From positions 17,872 to 81,871 of the forward strand of contig CAYJES010000003.1 in assembly GCA_964369365.1 (NCBI GenBank): a stretch of DNA of 64,000 nt, read 5' to 3'. The DNA is from an uncultured Lactobacillales bacterium (GTDB lineage: Bacteria > Pseudomonadota > Alphaproteobacteria > CAYJES01). The notes below the pieces were generated by a model. That model worked only from the letters and a program-made list of their open reading frames with translations, was not told where the DNA came from and searched no databases. Both the position numbers and the translations under genes were made by a program. Shown one piece after another: positions 47,783-57,308 of the stretch. Each line of letters opens with the position of its first letter. Positions within the stretch are counted from its first letter, which is position 1.

Positions 47783-48606
47783 ACCATTTTCTTTTTAATA
47801 TCTAATAATTTTGCGACATGGGAAATTGCTTGTTTTTTATCCATATTTTTAAGATTTTTAGAAAGCTCTGATGTTATTAATTCCGGCGTTACTTCTTGTT
47901 TTTGTTTTATTATTTCCATAAGTAAAACTATTTCGCCTTTTATCGCAGGTTTTTCGGTGTAATGCTTTATTAAATTTGAAATAGAATCAGTAGTTACCTC
48001 TTCGAATTTTTTGGTAAGTTCCCTTGCAATGCATACTCTGATATCGCCAAAAACCTCTAACGCTAGTGAAAGTGTTGCAAGAATTCTTGGGGCTGTTTCA
48101 TAAAAAATTACGGTTGTGTCATCATAATTTTTTATTTTTTCAAACAACCTTTGTTTTTCCCCCGATTTCACAGGTAAAAATCCTTTAAATAAAAACGAAT
48201 CCGAAGCAAGACCAGATAATTGTAATGCAGTTATAACGGCACAGGCTCCTGGAATGGAAGTTACATAAATATCTTGCTCTTTACATTCTGATACTAATTT
48301 ATGACCTGGGTCGTTGATAAGAGGGCTGCCTGCATCTGATATTAACGCTATGCTTTTTCCTGATTTTATCGCATCTATTATACTTGGGATAACTTTTGTT
48401 GCATTGTGATCGTGATAACTGATTAATTTTTTTGAAATTTGATAGTAATTAAGCAAGGTTTTGCTGGTTCTTGTGTCTTCGCAAGCTATGATATCGACAC
48501 TTTTCAAAGTTTCAATAGCGCGCAAAGAAAAATCGCCCAAATTGCCAATAGGGGTTGCAACTATATATAATCCTGCTATTAATATATTATCATTTTTCTG
48601 TTTCAT
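47752..48606 (-). CDS. rsmI: 16S rRNA (cytidine1402-2'-O)-methyltransferase RsmI
   Basis: Tetrapyrrole-methylase fold N-terminus: LYIVATPIGNLGDFSLRAIETLKSVDIIACEDTRTS. Confidence 0.85.
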   Translation of the reverse strand: MKQKNDNILIAGLYIVATPIGNLGDFSLRAIETLKSVDIIACEDTRTSKTLLNYYQISKKLISYHDHNATKVIPSIIDAIKSGKSIALISDAGSPLINDPGHKLVSECKEQDIYVTSIPGACAVITALQLSGLASDSFLFKGFLPVKSGEKQRLFEKIKNYDDTTVIFYETAPRILATLSLALEVFGDIRVCIARELTKKFEEVTTDSISNLIKHYTEKPAIKGEIVLLMEIIKQKQEVTPELITSELSKNLKNMDKKQAISHVAKLLDIKKKMVYDVALNLDE

Positions 48607-48624
48607 AATAAGGAGATTATAGAA

Positions 48625-50106
48625 GTGTTTAATTCACGTGTAAAACATTTATTTTTTATTGGGCTTATTTTTCTTGCTGCGTGTAAAGGAACTGGGGTTG
48701 TTTACGAACCTTCTGCTGATTCAAGCCCAAGGATTATAACGCCTGCCAACGCGTATGAAAATAATATTGAAACAATAGAAGAAAATAATTTTAGTTCAGG
48801 ATACGAAGAAGAAAGTGCAAATAAAAAAACTAAATCAGACTTGAGAGTAGGAATCCTTGCGCCGTTTTCTGGTGACTATGAAAAACTTGGGACTGCTATT
48901 AAAAATACCGCATTAATGGCTCTTTATGAAATATCTTCTGAAAACGTTGTGGTTCAATTTTATGATACAAAAGGAACAGAAGAAGGCGCTTATGACGCTG
49001 CTTATGAAGCAATAAATCAAAATGTAGATATTATCATTGGTCCTGTATTTTCACATGAAGTTGCCGCTATTAGAGGAATTACAAACAGTGCAGGAATCGA
49101 TGTTCTTGCGTTTACTTCTGATCCATACGTTTTAGGTGGAAATATTTATACATTAGCCCTATTACTTCCGCAACAAATTGATAGAATTATTAATTATGCA
49201 TGTAGAAATGGGAAAAAGAATTTTGCAATCCTTACACATGATTCTGATTTTGGAAGAATTGCTGTCGAATCGGCTGAAAACGCTGTTTTAAAATGCGATA
49301 ATGATGCAGCCATTTTAAATATTGGTTACTACTCTCCTAAACAAGGCGATATGGTATCGGTGGTTAAAGGTTTAACAGGAGACAGAAGTGTTTTCGTCGA
49401 CAACCTGCGTAAAAAACAAAAAGGTGAAGGTAATTATGCAGAAGGAGTTAACCTTGGTTATGATGAAGAAATCGATATTTTAACTGTATATAAATCATCA
49501 GAAGACATTCCTTTGGATTTTGACGCACTTTTAATTGCTGATGAAGGTGCTAATCTTCGTGCGCTTGCCGCTGTTTTAAATTATTATGACATTACAAATG
49601 ACGAAGTTATGTTCTTAGGCACTCAACAATGGTCTGATCCTAAACTTGCTCTTGAAAAAGCCCTTGTCGGCGGATATTATCCTGAAATTCCAGTTACAGG
49701 ATTCAGCGATTATGCAAAAAGATATCGTGAAGTCTATAAAAGCGTTCCTCCTAGAATAGCAAGTCAAGCTTATGATGGTATTGCTCTTATATCTGTTCTT
49801 GCTAGAAATAACGACTTTTCAGCCGAGGCTATTACTGATGCTTCTGGCTTTGCTGGGGTTGATGGAATTTTTAGGTTACTTGAAAATGGACATTCTCAAC
49901 GTGGTATGGCTATTATGGAAATGGCACGTCCACAGGCAAAAGTTGTCGAATATTCTCCTAACTCTTTTAATGAAGACGTTACATACGAACAACATTTTAT
50001 AAATGAAACTCCTAATGAAAATATAGTTGTAAACGAAGAGCAACTTGAAATTAAAGAAGAAGAAGAAGAAACTAAAAAAAGTTTCCTTAAAGAATGGTTT
50101 CAATAA
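48625..50106 (+). CDS. lipoprotein with a type-1 periplasmic-binding-protein (LivJ/LpoA-like) fold
   Basis: Lipobox LAAC; RVGILAPFSGDYEKLGTAIKNTALMALYE is typical of Peripla_BP_6-like proteins. Confidence 0.45.
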   Translation: MFNSRVKHLFFIGLIFLAACKGTGVVYEPSADSSPRIITPANAYENNIETIEENNFSSGYEEESANKKTKSDLRVGILAPFSGDYEKLGTAIKNTALMALYEISSENVVVQFYDTKGTEEGAYDAAYEAINQNVDIIIGPVFSHEVAAIRGITNSAGIDVLAFTSDPYVLGGNIYTLALLLPQQIDRIINYACRNGKKNFAILTHDSDFGRIAVESAENAVLKCDNDAAILNIGYYSPKQGDMVSVVKGLTGDRSVFVDNLRKKQKGEGNYAEGVNLGYDEEIDILTVYKSSEDIPLDFDALLIADEGANLRALAAVLNYYDITNDEVMFLGTQQWSDPKLALEKALVGGYYPEIPVTGFSDYAKRYREVYKSVPPRIASQAYDGIALISVLARNNDFSAEAITDASGFAGVDGIFRLLENGHSQRGMAIMEMARPQAKVVEYSPNSFNEDVTYEQHFINETPNENIVVNEEQLEIKEEEEETKKSFLKEWFQ

Positions 50107-51127
50107 TATAATTATTTAAAAGCATCCCTTTTAAAGTTGGGTAAATCTTGTCATTTTTAATTTCAAGATAACCATTATTTATAAACATTGATGCTTTTTG
50201 CTGGTTCAAACTATCTAAGTATGTAATGTCAATTCCTTCTGCTAGACGAAGACCCATTAATATTTTTTCATAAAAAGCTTCTTTTTCATCAAGAATCTCT
50301 TCTGTGAAATTTTGTGAGTGCAGCCATTTTTTTACATCATTTTCATAAATAATTGCTTTACCATTAACTCTGGAATGAGCAGAAGGACCTATTCCTAAAT
50401 AATTTTGATAATGCCAATATGCAAGGTTGTGTTTACTTTCGAATCCATTTTTAGCAAAATTAGAAATTTCATAATGATTATAATTTTTTGAATTTCTATG
50501 ATTAATAATGAACATTTTTTCACATTCATCATCACTAGGCAATTCAACCTTCCAGCCGTTTTCAATGGTTAATTGATACATTGATAAATGAGGCAAATCT
50601 AAGGATAAAATTTTATTTAATTCTTTTTTCCACATTGCTGATGATTGGTTTGGACGTCCATAAATAAAATCAGCAGAAATATTTTTAAAATATTTTTTTG
50701 CAATATCTATTGTTTCTAAGGCTTGTTTAGATGAATGTAATCGTCCCATTACTTTTAAGTCATCATCGTTTAATGCTTGAATTCCTATTGAAATCCTGTT
50801 TATGCCTATATCTTTAAAGAAACGCATTTTATTTTCATCGACAGTAGCAGGGTTAATTTCAATAGAAATTTCATCGCATGCTGACAAATCTATCTTTTTA
50901 AAAATAGCTGTAAGTAAATTTTCTGATATTAATGAAGGAGTGCCTCCCCCTATAAAAAAAGTTTTTATATTAGATTGGCCTAACAACTCTTTATGCTGTT
51001 CAAAACTGTTGAAATAGGCATTTTCTAAGCCTTCTGCGTTTGAACCTGCAATACTTACAAAATCGCAATAATTGCATTTTTTAAGGCAAAAAGGATAATG
51101 AAGGTAAAGTGCTATATCTTTTTTCAT
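50087..51127 (-). CDS. hemW: radical SAM heme chaperone HemW (HemN-like)
   Basis: LYLHYPFCLKKCNYCDF radical-SAM CxxxCxxC. 346 aa. Confidence 0.85.
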   Translation of the reverse strand: MKKDIALYLHYPFCLKKCNYCDFVSIAGSNAEGLENAYFNSFEQHKELLGQSNIKTFFIGGGTPSLISENLLTAIFKKIDLSACDEISIEINPATVDENKMRFFKDIGINRISIGIQALNDDDLKVMGRLHSSKQALETIDIAKKYFKNISADFIYGRPNQSSAMWKKELNKILSLDLPHLSMYQLTIENGWKVELPSDDECEKMFIINHRNSKNYNHYEISNFAKNGFESKHNLAYWHYQNYLGIGPSAHSRVNGKAIIYENDVKKWLHSQNFTEEILDEKEAFYEKILMGLRLAEGIDITYLDSLNQQKASMFINNGYLEIKNDKIYPTLKGMLLNNYIIETIL

Positions 51128-51711
51128 TTATTTTTTAAAATAGAATCAGCGAAAAGTTTTAATGCGTTTCCTCTATGCGATAAGGATGCTTTTTCTTCGC
51201 TGGTCATTTCCCCAAATGTTTTATCATAACCATTTGGAATAAATATTGGGTCATAAGCAAAACCTTTATCACCTCTTGTTTCTGGTGCTATTGTACCATG
51301 AACATAGCCTGTGAAATCATAAGTTGTGTCGTCAGGAAATGCCAAAACTAAGCAACAAGCAAAAAAGGCTTTACGATTTGGGTTGTCGCCCAGTTCTTGA
51401 TTAATTCTATCCATGCCTTCTTTATGTGTTGGGGCAAATCTTGCCGTATAAACGCCTGGGCGATTGTCTAAACCTTCTACGCACAACCCTGAATCATCAG
51501 CAAGCGAAGGAAGATTTGTTTTTTTTGCATAATAGAGCGCTTTTAATTTGGCGTTCTCTAGAAACGTTTCACCTGTTTCTTCTGGATCTTCTATATCGGG
51601 AAAATCACCTGCTGTTTTTAGCTTTATTCCAAAAGGAACAAGCATTTTTTCAAGCTCTGCTACTTTTCCTTTATTATTAGTCGCTAGTAATAATTCATTT
51701 CCTATTTCCAT
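51124..51711 (-). CDS. rdgB: non-canonical purine NTP pyrophosphatase RdgB (Ham1 family)
   Basis: LLLATNNKGKVAELEKML...; adjacent to rph as in many bacteria. Confidence 0.85.
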   Translation of the reverse strand: MEIGNELLLATNNKGKVAELEKMLVPFGIKLKTAGDFPDIEDPEETGETFLENAKLKALYYAKKTNLPSLADDSGLCVEGLDNRPGVYTARFAPTHKEGMDRINQELGDNPNRKAFFACCLVLAFPDDTTYDFTGYVHGTIAPETRGDKGFAYDPIFIPNGYDKTFGEMTSEEKASLSHRGNALKLFADSILKNK

Positions 51712-51712
51712 T

Positions 51713-52420
51713 TTACTCTCCTTGTAAAATTTTATTTTGCAGTTCTGTTACTTCTTTAATACCTTTTTTGGCAAAAGATAACATTTCTATAAGTTGTTCT
51801 TCTGTGAATGTATTTTCTTCGCCCGTGCTTTGTACTTCCACCAAGTTTCCGCTACCTGTAATTACAAAATTTGCATCTACTTCTGCTGATGAATCTTCGT
51901 TATAATCCAAATCCATTATAACTTCACCTTCTAAAACTCCGCAAGATATGGCAGCAATGCTGTCTTTTAATGCCGACTGTTTTCCTATTTTTGCAAGAGC
52001 AAGAGCAAGGGCAAGATATCCCCCACAAACAGAAGTAACCCTTGTGCCCCCATCTGCTTGAATAACATCGCAATCTATTTTTATTTGGATTTCGCCCAAC
52101 TTTTTTAAATCTACTATTGAACGAAGCGACCTTGCTATCAGCCTTTGAATTTCTTGGGTTCTGCCCTTTTGACCTTTTGTTTCTCTGTCCATCCTTACAT
52201 CTGTTGAACGAGGTAACATTCCATATTCAGCAGTTATCCACCCTTTTCCATGAATTCCTTGAGCGCGCATCCATGGCGGCAATCTTGTTTCCACTGTGGC
52301 TGTGCACATTACATGGGTATCCCCAAATTTTATCAACACAGAACCTTCTGCATATTTATTTATATTTGGTATTATTTCAATGGCTCTTAATTCATCATTT
52401 TTACGACTATCTGTTCTCAT
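51713..52420 (-). CDS. rph: ribonuclease PH
   Basis: [43 protein letters not shown]. Confidence 0.9.
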   Translation of the reverse strand: MRTDSRKNDELRAIEIIPNINKYAEGSVLIKFGDTHVMCTATVETRLPPWMRAQGIHGKGWITAEYGMLPRSTDVRMDRETKGQKGRTQEIQRLIARSLRSIVDLKKLGEIQIKIDCDVIQADGGTRVTSVCGGYLALALALAKIGKQSALKDSIAAISCGVLEGEVIMDLDYNEDSSAEVDANFVITGSGNLVEVQSTGEENTFTEEQLIEMLSFAKKGIKEVTELQNKILQGE

Positions 52421-52484
52421 TAATATTTATCCTTAAAAATTTATTGTGTTAAAGGATAATACAGTAAAAATTTTAAAAATAGTA

Positions 52485-52511
52485 TTGATTTTTTAACTTT
52501 TGTATTATAAT
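52485..52511 (+). promoter_or_regulatory. possible sigma70-like promoter (TTGATT-N15-TATAAT) upstream of the pilin gene
   Basis: TTGATT at 52485, TATAAT at 52506. The spacer is 15 nt, which is short. Confidence 0.25.
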
Positions 52512-52578
52512 ATCGTTTCGAGGTAGAGAAAAAGTAACTTTTCTTTATTGCGTGTTATGTTTATGAAAGGAAAATTTT

Positions 52579-53085
52579 ATGAAAAAAATTATTAACAACC
52601 AATCTGGTCGTTCTATGGTTGAAATGTTGGGTGTACTTGCGATTATCGGGGTACTTTCAATCGGTGGTATTGCTGGTTATTCTTTGGCTATGCAAAAGTA
52701 TAGAACGAACCAAGCTATTGAAGCTATTCAATTATTAATGACAGAAATAAGAACTATGTTCTCTGGTCAAGGTAATTATACAGGTCTTGGTGATGCTGAT
52801 GGAGATATTATGACAAGTGTTGGAATTGCAAACCCTTTTGGTGGTTTAGTAGCAGCAGAAACCGGTACTAATGATTCACAATTTAATATCACATTATCTG
52901 ATATTCCTGAATCATCTTGTATTTCTTTGGCTACTGCTCCTTGGGGTGACAATCCTCCTTCTATTGATGGTGGTACTGCTCTTGAATCTGGTGATGCTGC
53001 AGCAGATACTATCGCAGGTGCTACAAAAGCTTGTGTACTTGGTACAGGTAAAACACAAATTAATATGACTTGGACTTTTGACTAA
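52579..53085 (+). CDS. type IV pilin-like protein (prepilin-type N-terminal domain, C-terminal disulfide loop)
   Basis: The leader MKKIINNQSG is followed by RSMVEMLGVLAIIGVLS, with Glu at +5 and a hydrophobic alpha1 helix. Two C-terminal Cys (ESSC...KAC) fit a pilin D-region loop. Confidence 0.55.
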   Translation: MKKIINNQSGRSMVEMLGVLAIIGVLSIGGIAGYSLAMQKYRTNQAIEAIQLLMTEIRTMFSGQGNYTGLGDADGDIMTSVGIANPFGGLVAAETGTNDSQFNITLSDIPESSCISLATAPWGDNPPSIDGGTALESGDAAADTIAGATKACVLGTGKTQINMTWTFD

Positions 53086-53111
53086 GCCATATAAAGCGTA
53101 AGCATTTTAAA

Positions 53112-53141
53112 AGAGGTGATTTATATATCACCTCTTTTTTA
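53112..53141 (+). terminator. rho-independent terminator
   Basis: agaggtgat/atcacctct perfect stem followed by TTTTTT. Confidence 0.6.
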
Positions 53142-53174
53142 TTGCATTTTTTAAACGAATAACTACAAAAATAA

Positions 53175-53205
53175 AGGGCTGGAAAATTATCCAGCCCTTT
53201 TATTT
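53175..53205 (-). terminator. rho-independent terminator for rpmJ
   Basis: agggctgga/tccagccct perfect stem with T-runs on both sides. Confidence 0.5.
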
Positions 53206-53219
53206 AACATTATTTAAAA

Positions 53220-53345
53220 TTAACCTTGTCTTGCTTTAAAGCGAGGTTTTTCTTTATTAATAATATAAACTCTGCCACGGCGACGTACAATTTTGCATGC
53301 TTTATCACGTTTTACCGCTGCTTTAAGTGAATTTCTTACCTTCAT
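53220..53345 (-). CDS. rpmJ: 50S ribosomal protein L36
   Basis: Manual translation of the minus strand gives [41 protein letters not shown], 41 aa, which is the alphaproteobacterial L36 type. It is absent from the ORF track because it is under 60 aa. Confidence 0.8.
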   Translation of the reverse strand: MKVRNSLKAAVKRDKACKIVRRRGRVYIINKEKPRFKARQG

Positions 53346-53452
53346 TAGCTTTCTCCCTATAGAATCCTATTTTCTTTTATCGTGGTAATATATATTTTTT
53401 ATTTGTATTTGTCAATGACTTTTATATACTATGGTTAAATTATTTTATTTTT

Positions 53453-54550
53453 ATGGAGATTTTTCAAATGACTACCGAATTGCATGATAATATCAGCGAT
53501 ACTTTTAAAGCATCGATTGAATTGAGTAAGAAAGCAGAACAAAGCCTCTTAACCAATCCTGAAAAACATCGGATTTTGACAGGAGACAGACCAACTGGTA
53601 ATTTACATATTGGACACTTTATTGGTTCTGTACAAAATCGTATTAAAATTCAAAACCTTGGAGTTGAAACTTTTATCATCATTGCAGATTATCAAGTTTT
53701 AACTGATCATGATGCTCATGACAAAATTGCACAATATTCAAAAGAGTTAGTAATTGATTACCTGGCATGTGGACTTGATGCAGATTGTGGGAAAACTTTT
53801 TTCTTTCCTCATTCGCAAATTCCAGAATTAAATCAATTATTACTGCCTTTTTTAACATTAATGTCTACGGCTGAACTTGAACGCAACCCTACTGTGAAAG
53901 ATGAAATTAAATCAGCAGGACTAAGCACTATTAACGCAGGAATGTTTGTTTATCCGATCCACCAGGCATGTGATATTTTATTTTGTGATGCAACCGTGGT
54001 CCCAGTTGGAAAAGACCAGCTTGCACATCTTGAATCTACTCGCGTTATTGCAAAAAGGTTTAATAAAAAATATGCACCTATTTTCAAAGAACCAATAGCT
54101 CTTCTTAGTGAAATGCCTATGGTTAAAGGTCTAGACGGCACCGAAAAAATGAGCAAATCCCGAAATAACACCATAATGTTAAAAGCAAGCGAAGATGAAA
54201 CTGTGGCAGCTATCAAAAAAGCAAAAACTGATTCAGACCGCATTATTACTTATGACCCAATAAATCGTCCAGAGGTTGCGAATTTGATTGAAATTATCAG
54301 CATTTTTACAAAAGAAGACCCTAGAATTATTGCTGATAAAATTAGCGATCGTGGTGCTGCTGGGCTTAAATCTATGCTTGCGGAAACAATTAATGAAACA
54401 TTGCGACCTGTCAGAGAAAAAAGAAAATTGCTAGAATCAGACCCTGAATACATCGAAAATGTTATAAAAAGAGGGGTCGATAAAATACGACCTATTGCCC
54501 AAGAAAAATTGGCAAAAGTATTAGAAGTAATGAATATGAAATACTTTTAA
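53453..54550 (+). CDS. trpS: tryptophanyl-tRNA synthetase
   Basis: HIGH motif (TGNLHIGH) and KMSKS (GTEKMSKS); class I, 365 aa. Confidence 0.85.
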   Translation: MEIFQMTTELHDNISDTFKASIELSKKAEQSLLTNPEKHRILTGDRPTGNLHIGHFIGSVQNRIKIQNLGVETFIIIADYQVLTDHDAHDKIAQYSKELVIDYLACGLDADCGKTFFFPHSQIPELNQLLLPFLTLMSTAELERNPTVKDEIKSAGLSTINAGMFVYPIHQACDILFCDATVVPVGKDQLAHLESTRVIAKRFNKKYAPIFKEPIALLSEMPMVKGLDGTEKMSKSRNNTIMLKASEDETVAAIKKAKTDSDRIITYDPINRPEVANLIEIISIFTKEDPRIIADKISDRGAAGLKSMLAETINETLRPVREKRKLLESDPEYIENVIKRGVDKIRPIAQEKLAKVLEVMNMKYF

Positions 54551-54564
54551 ATTTTTTAGAACAA

Positions 54565-54596
54565 AAAGCCTAGCATTAAAACTAGGCTTTTTCTTT
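54565..54596. terminator. rho-independent terminator between convergent genes
   Basis: aaagcctag/ctaggcttt stem followed by a T-run. Confidence 0.55.
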
Positions 54597-54609
54597 GATA
54601 TATTATTTA

Positions 54610-54951
54610 TTATCGACCAGCGCTAATTACAATAGGCGATATAATATCTTTTTCGTTTCTATCTTCGACAATAGTAAAATTTCCTGACTTACGAGTTTTT
54701 TTAACTCCTTTTGTAAGAAGTGAGGCTGCATTATAAATCTTTGGATTTGCTTTGTAACAGCGGTGACCGTTGCTTGATATTTTTATTATGTTTTTACCTT
54801 GTTCTAGACCTATTCTTTTTATTCTTTCTTTAAAATTTCCATTAGAAAAAGAATCTTTAACAATTAAGCCAAGCTCGGCAAAGGATTGTATCGCCAAAGG
54901 ATACACTGCCTTTTCTCCAAACATAGCCGTATATTTATCTTTAATGTTCAT
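54610..54951 (-). CDS. hypothetical basic protein
   Basis: 113 aa, Lys-rich, no recognisable domain. Confidence 0.35.
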   Translation of the reverse strand: MNIKDKYTAMFGEKAVYPLAIQSFAELGLIVKDSFSNGNFKERIKRIGLEQGKNIIKISSNGHRCYKANPKIYNAASLLTKGVKKTRKSGNFTIVEDRNEKDIISPIVISAGR

Positions 54952-55096
54952 AAAATCTCCTATAAATTATTTTTTATGAGACCTAAATCAATATCATTTA
55001 TTTTTATTTTTGTCAATATATTTTTTTATTAAAATATATAACAAATTGTTTTTATTTTGAAATATTTTGCAATTATTTTAATGAGTGTTAATTTGC

Positions 55097-55130
55097 AAAT
55101 AAAAAACCCAGCTTTTATATGCTGGGTTTT
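55097..55130 (-). terminator. rho-independent terminator (stem aaaacccagc/gctgggtttt)
   Basis: Perfect 10-bp stem with flanking A and T runs, downstream of the gene at 55153-55518. Confidence 0.55.
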
Positions 55131-55152
55131 AAATACATAATTATCAAATTTA

Positions 55153-55518
55153 TTAACGGCTACCTGTATCGATACCTGCTACTAAACTTGTATTATATTG
55201 TTGAGCATTATTTTCTCTTGATTGTGATATTGCTGGAGAACTGTTGCCACTAGAGAAAACCTTCCCTTCTTTTCCATTTCTTGTACGTAAATATTCACTA
55301 ATATATTTAGCTCCATCTGCTAAAAATGATAGATGACCATTTTTATACTCACTTTTTACTTTACTATTGATGGTCTTTTTGGCTTTTTGTAGCTTTTCAT
55401 CAATATCAGCCATCAATTTTCGAGAACGATCCAATATTTGTTCTGAAACTGTTTTTCTGCCACCAGCAAAACGTTTTCCGGGCTTTTCTCGTAATCCTTG
55501 GTGAAAGTAGTCTCCCAT
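55153..55518 (-). CDS. hypothetical small basic protein
   Basis: 121 aa; own promoter and terminator; GGAG RBS. Confidence 0.4.
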   Translation of the reverse strand: MGDYFHQGLREKPGKRFAGGRKTVSEQILDRSRKLMADIDEKLQKAKKTINSKVKSEYKNGHLSFLADGAKYISEYLRTRNGKEGKVFSSGNSSPAISQSRENNAQQYNTSLVAGIDTGSR

Positions 55519-55555
55519 TGTTTTTCTCCGTTTAATTTATTTATTCTATATAATC

Positions 55556-55584
55556 AATATATCATACTTTTTTATTTTTGTCAA
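55556..55584 (-). promoter_or_regulatory. sigma70-like promoter (TTGACA-N17-TATATT) on the minus strand
   Basis: The reverse complement of 55579-55584 is TTGACA, a 17-nt spacer follows, and the reverse complement of 55556-55561 is TATATT. The gene start is about 38 nt downstream. Confidence 0.4.
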
Positions 55585-55616
55585 TTATATATTACATAAT
55601 TTATTTTTATTTCAAC

Positions 55617-55660
55617 TAAAAACCCAGCTTATCTGATGTATCAGACCTAGCTGGGTTATT
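55617..55660 (-). terminator. rho-independent terminator with a nested inner hairpin; same stem as the 55097 terminator
   Basis: aacccagct ... agctgggtt, with an inner tctgat/atcaga hairpin. Confidence 0.45.
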
Positions 55661-55679
55661 TATTAGTTGTAGCCTAGGT

Positions 55680-55937
55680 CTATTTAGTAGCGCCTTTTAT
55701 GCTATCAATCATTTTTAATTTTAGCGCTTTATCGCCAGATTCTCTTTTTACTCCACATCCATAAGTTTCCTTAGGATTTTCCATTATATTTAGAGCTTTT
55801 TCGCGATTTCCAAATTTTCCTGAAGATTTTGGATTTCCGAATGATATACCTGTAAGCGAGCTCATATAATCAACTCCCAAATAAGGGAAAGCCGTTCTGT
55901 AATTACCGGACTGACAATACTCTCTTTCTTCTAACAT
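55680..55937 (-). CDS. hypothetical small protein
   Basis: 85 aa, Gly/Lys-rich; own promoter region and terminator; GGAG RBS. Confidence 0.35.
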   Translation of the reverse strand: MLEEREYCQSGNYRTAFPYLGVDYMSSLTGISFGNPKSSGKFGNREKALNIMENPKETYGCGVKRESGDKALKLKMIDSIKGATK

Positions 55938-55980
55938 TTTTTTTCTCCTTAAAAAATTAAAGACAACTATCTATAATACA

Positions 55981-56009
55981 AACATAACATTTTGACATCT
56001 TTTTGTCAA
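55981..56009 (-). promoter_or_regulatory. putative promoter containing a palindromic TTGACA-N5-TGTCAA element
   Basis: Plus-strand ttgacatctttttgtcaa at 55992-56009 is a perfect 6-5-6 inverted repeat overlapping a -35-like box for the minus-strand gene. Confidence 0.3.
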
Positions 56010-56086
56010 GCACGCATTTTAATCTTTTGTATATTAACAGTTTTTTATTATTTTTTGTATTTATAGAATTTAAATTATTCATATTT

Positions 56087-57085
56087 TTACAGCTCTTTTT
56101 TTAATAATTTTTCTTTTTTCCGTTTTGCTGCTGCTTTAATTGCTTCATAACGGCGCTTTAATCCGCCTTCATAAATGAATAAAATTATTCCAGCAATCAC
56201 CAAAGGCAATAAATAGTATATAATCCTGTATGCTATCAAAGCCCCTAAAAGATAAGCTTTATTATGGTCACCTGGGATTATATATAAAAATAGTCCTTCG
56301 AAAACACCTAAACCTCCTGGCACTTGGCTAAACACTCCTAAAACCTGGGCAACAAGGAATACTCCTATAAATTCAGCAAAAGGAATATCAACAAATGGAA
56401 TTAGAACACTGTACAATACCAATGATGCCAAAACAATATCAGCACCACCTATTATTACCTGAGAAATCGCCATTCTGAATGAAGGCATTTCAAAATCGAC
56501 TTCTTTTATTACTATTGTTTTTTTGTAAAACAAAACTGCGCCGAAGTAAAATAAAAGCCCCAAAGCAGAACCTATCGTCACGAGCAAAGTCGTAAGATGA
56601 GAGGCACTACCATCTCCAAAAGCATGGTCGGGAGTTAAAAAATAACCTAAAATTATTAATCCAAAACATGCCCACAGGTATGTAAAACCTGAGAATGTTA
56701 CCATTTTTATTATTTCAGATGCTCTAAATCTCCACCTTGTATAAAAACGATATCTTAGGGTACCGCCTGATAAAATTGCATGGCCTGCATTATTACTAAT
56801 TGCAAAACCTATTACACCTGTCATTATCCATTTCCAGGGAGCAAGGGATCTTTTTACATATTTTAAAGCAAGAAAATCATATAGAGATAGTGCAACATAT
56901 CCAAAAAGAGAGGCGAGACAAGCTAAAATTAAACTTTCTTTTGGGATATCAGATAATGCCCCCATGATATCAGAAAACTCATACTTTGAAAGCTGATTGT
57001 ATATCATGTAAAGAGCTAGAGCAAAAAAGAAAAATCCTGCCCAATTAAGTATTTTTTTAAAGTATCTTTTTGCCTGAAACGACAT
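56087..57085 (-). CDS. lysylphosphatidylglycerol-synthase TM-domain family (UPF0104/YbhN-like flippase-like) membrane protein
   Basis: About 8 TM helices with the family pattern (...GGTLRYRFYTRWRF..., ...VPGGLGVFEGLFLYII...). Lys-rich C-terminus. Confidence 0.6.
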   Translation of the reverse strand: MSFQAKRYFKKILNWAGFFFFALALYMIYNQLSKYEFSDIMGALSDIPKESLILACLASLFGYVALSLYDFLALKYVKRSLAPWKWIMTGVIGFAISNNAGHAILSGGTLRYRFYTRWRFRASEIIKMVTFSGFTYLWACFGLIILGYFLTPDHAFGDGSASHLTTLLVTIGSALGLLFYFGAVLFYKKTIVIKEVDFEMPSFRMAISQVIIGGADIVLASLVLYSVLIPFVDIPFAEFIGVFLVAQVLGVFSQVPGGLGVFEGLFLYIIPGDHNKAYLLGALIAYRIIYYLLPLVIAGIILFIYEGGLKRRYEAIKAAAKRKKEKLLKKEL

Positions 57086-57308
57086 TTTTCACCTTTTTTA
57101 CGTTGTTTTCCTAGTCATAGTATATAAAATTGCAACTAAAATAAAGAAAAAAATTTGTTTTATTAATTTATATAGCTAAATAAACGACCATCCCAGTTAT
57201 TGCATAATCATGGGTCTGTTATGTTTGGTTATGAGTTTTTACTTGAAAAATAGTTAAAAATATGTATAATGTTCGAAATTTATAAAACAATTACAAGGAC
57301 ATTTTCAT

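Noticed and set aside
50087-50106. 20-bp overlap between the convergent lipoprotein gene and hemW
   Set aside because: Short convergent 3' overlaps are common and need no special interpretation.
55097-55660. Two hairpins with identical stems, considered as a CRISPR array or miniature transposable element
   Set aside because: There are only two copies with different loops, no regular spacing, no terminal inverted repeats or target-site duplications, and no cas or transposase genes. They are interpreted as related intrinsic terminators.
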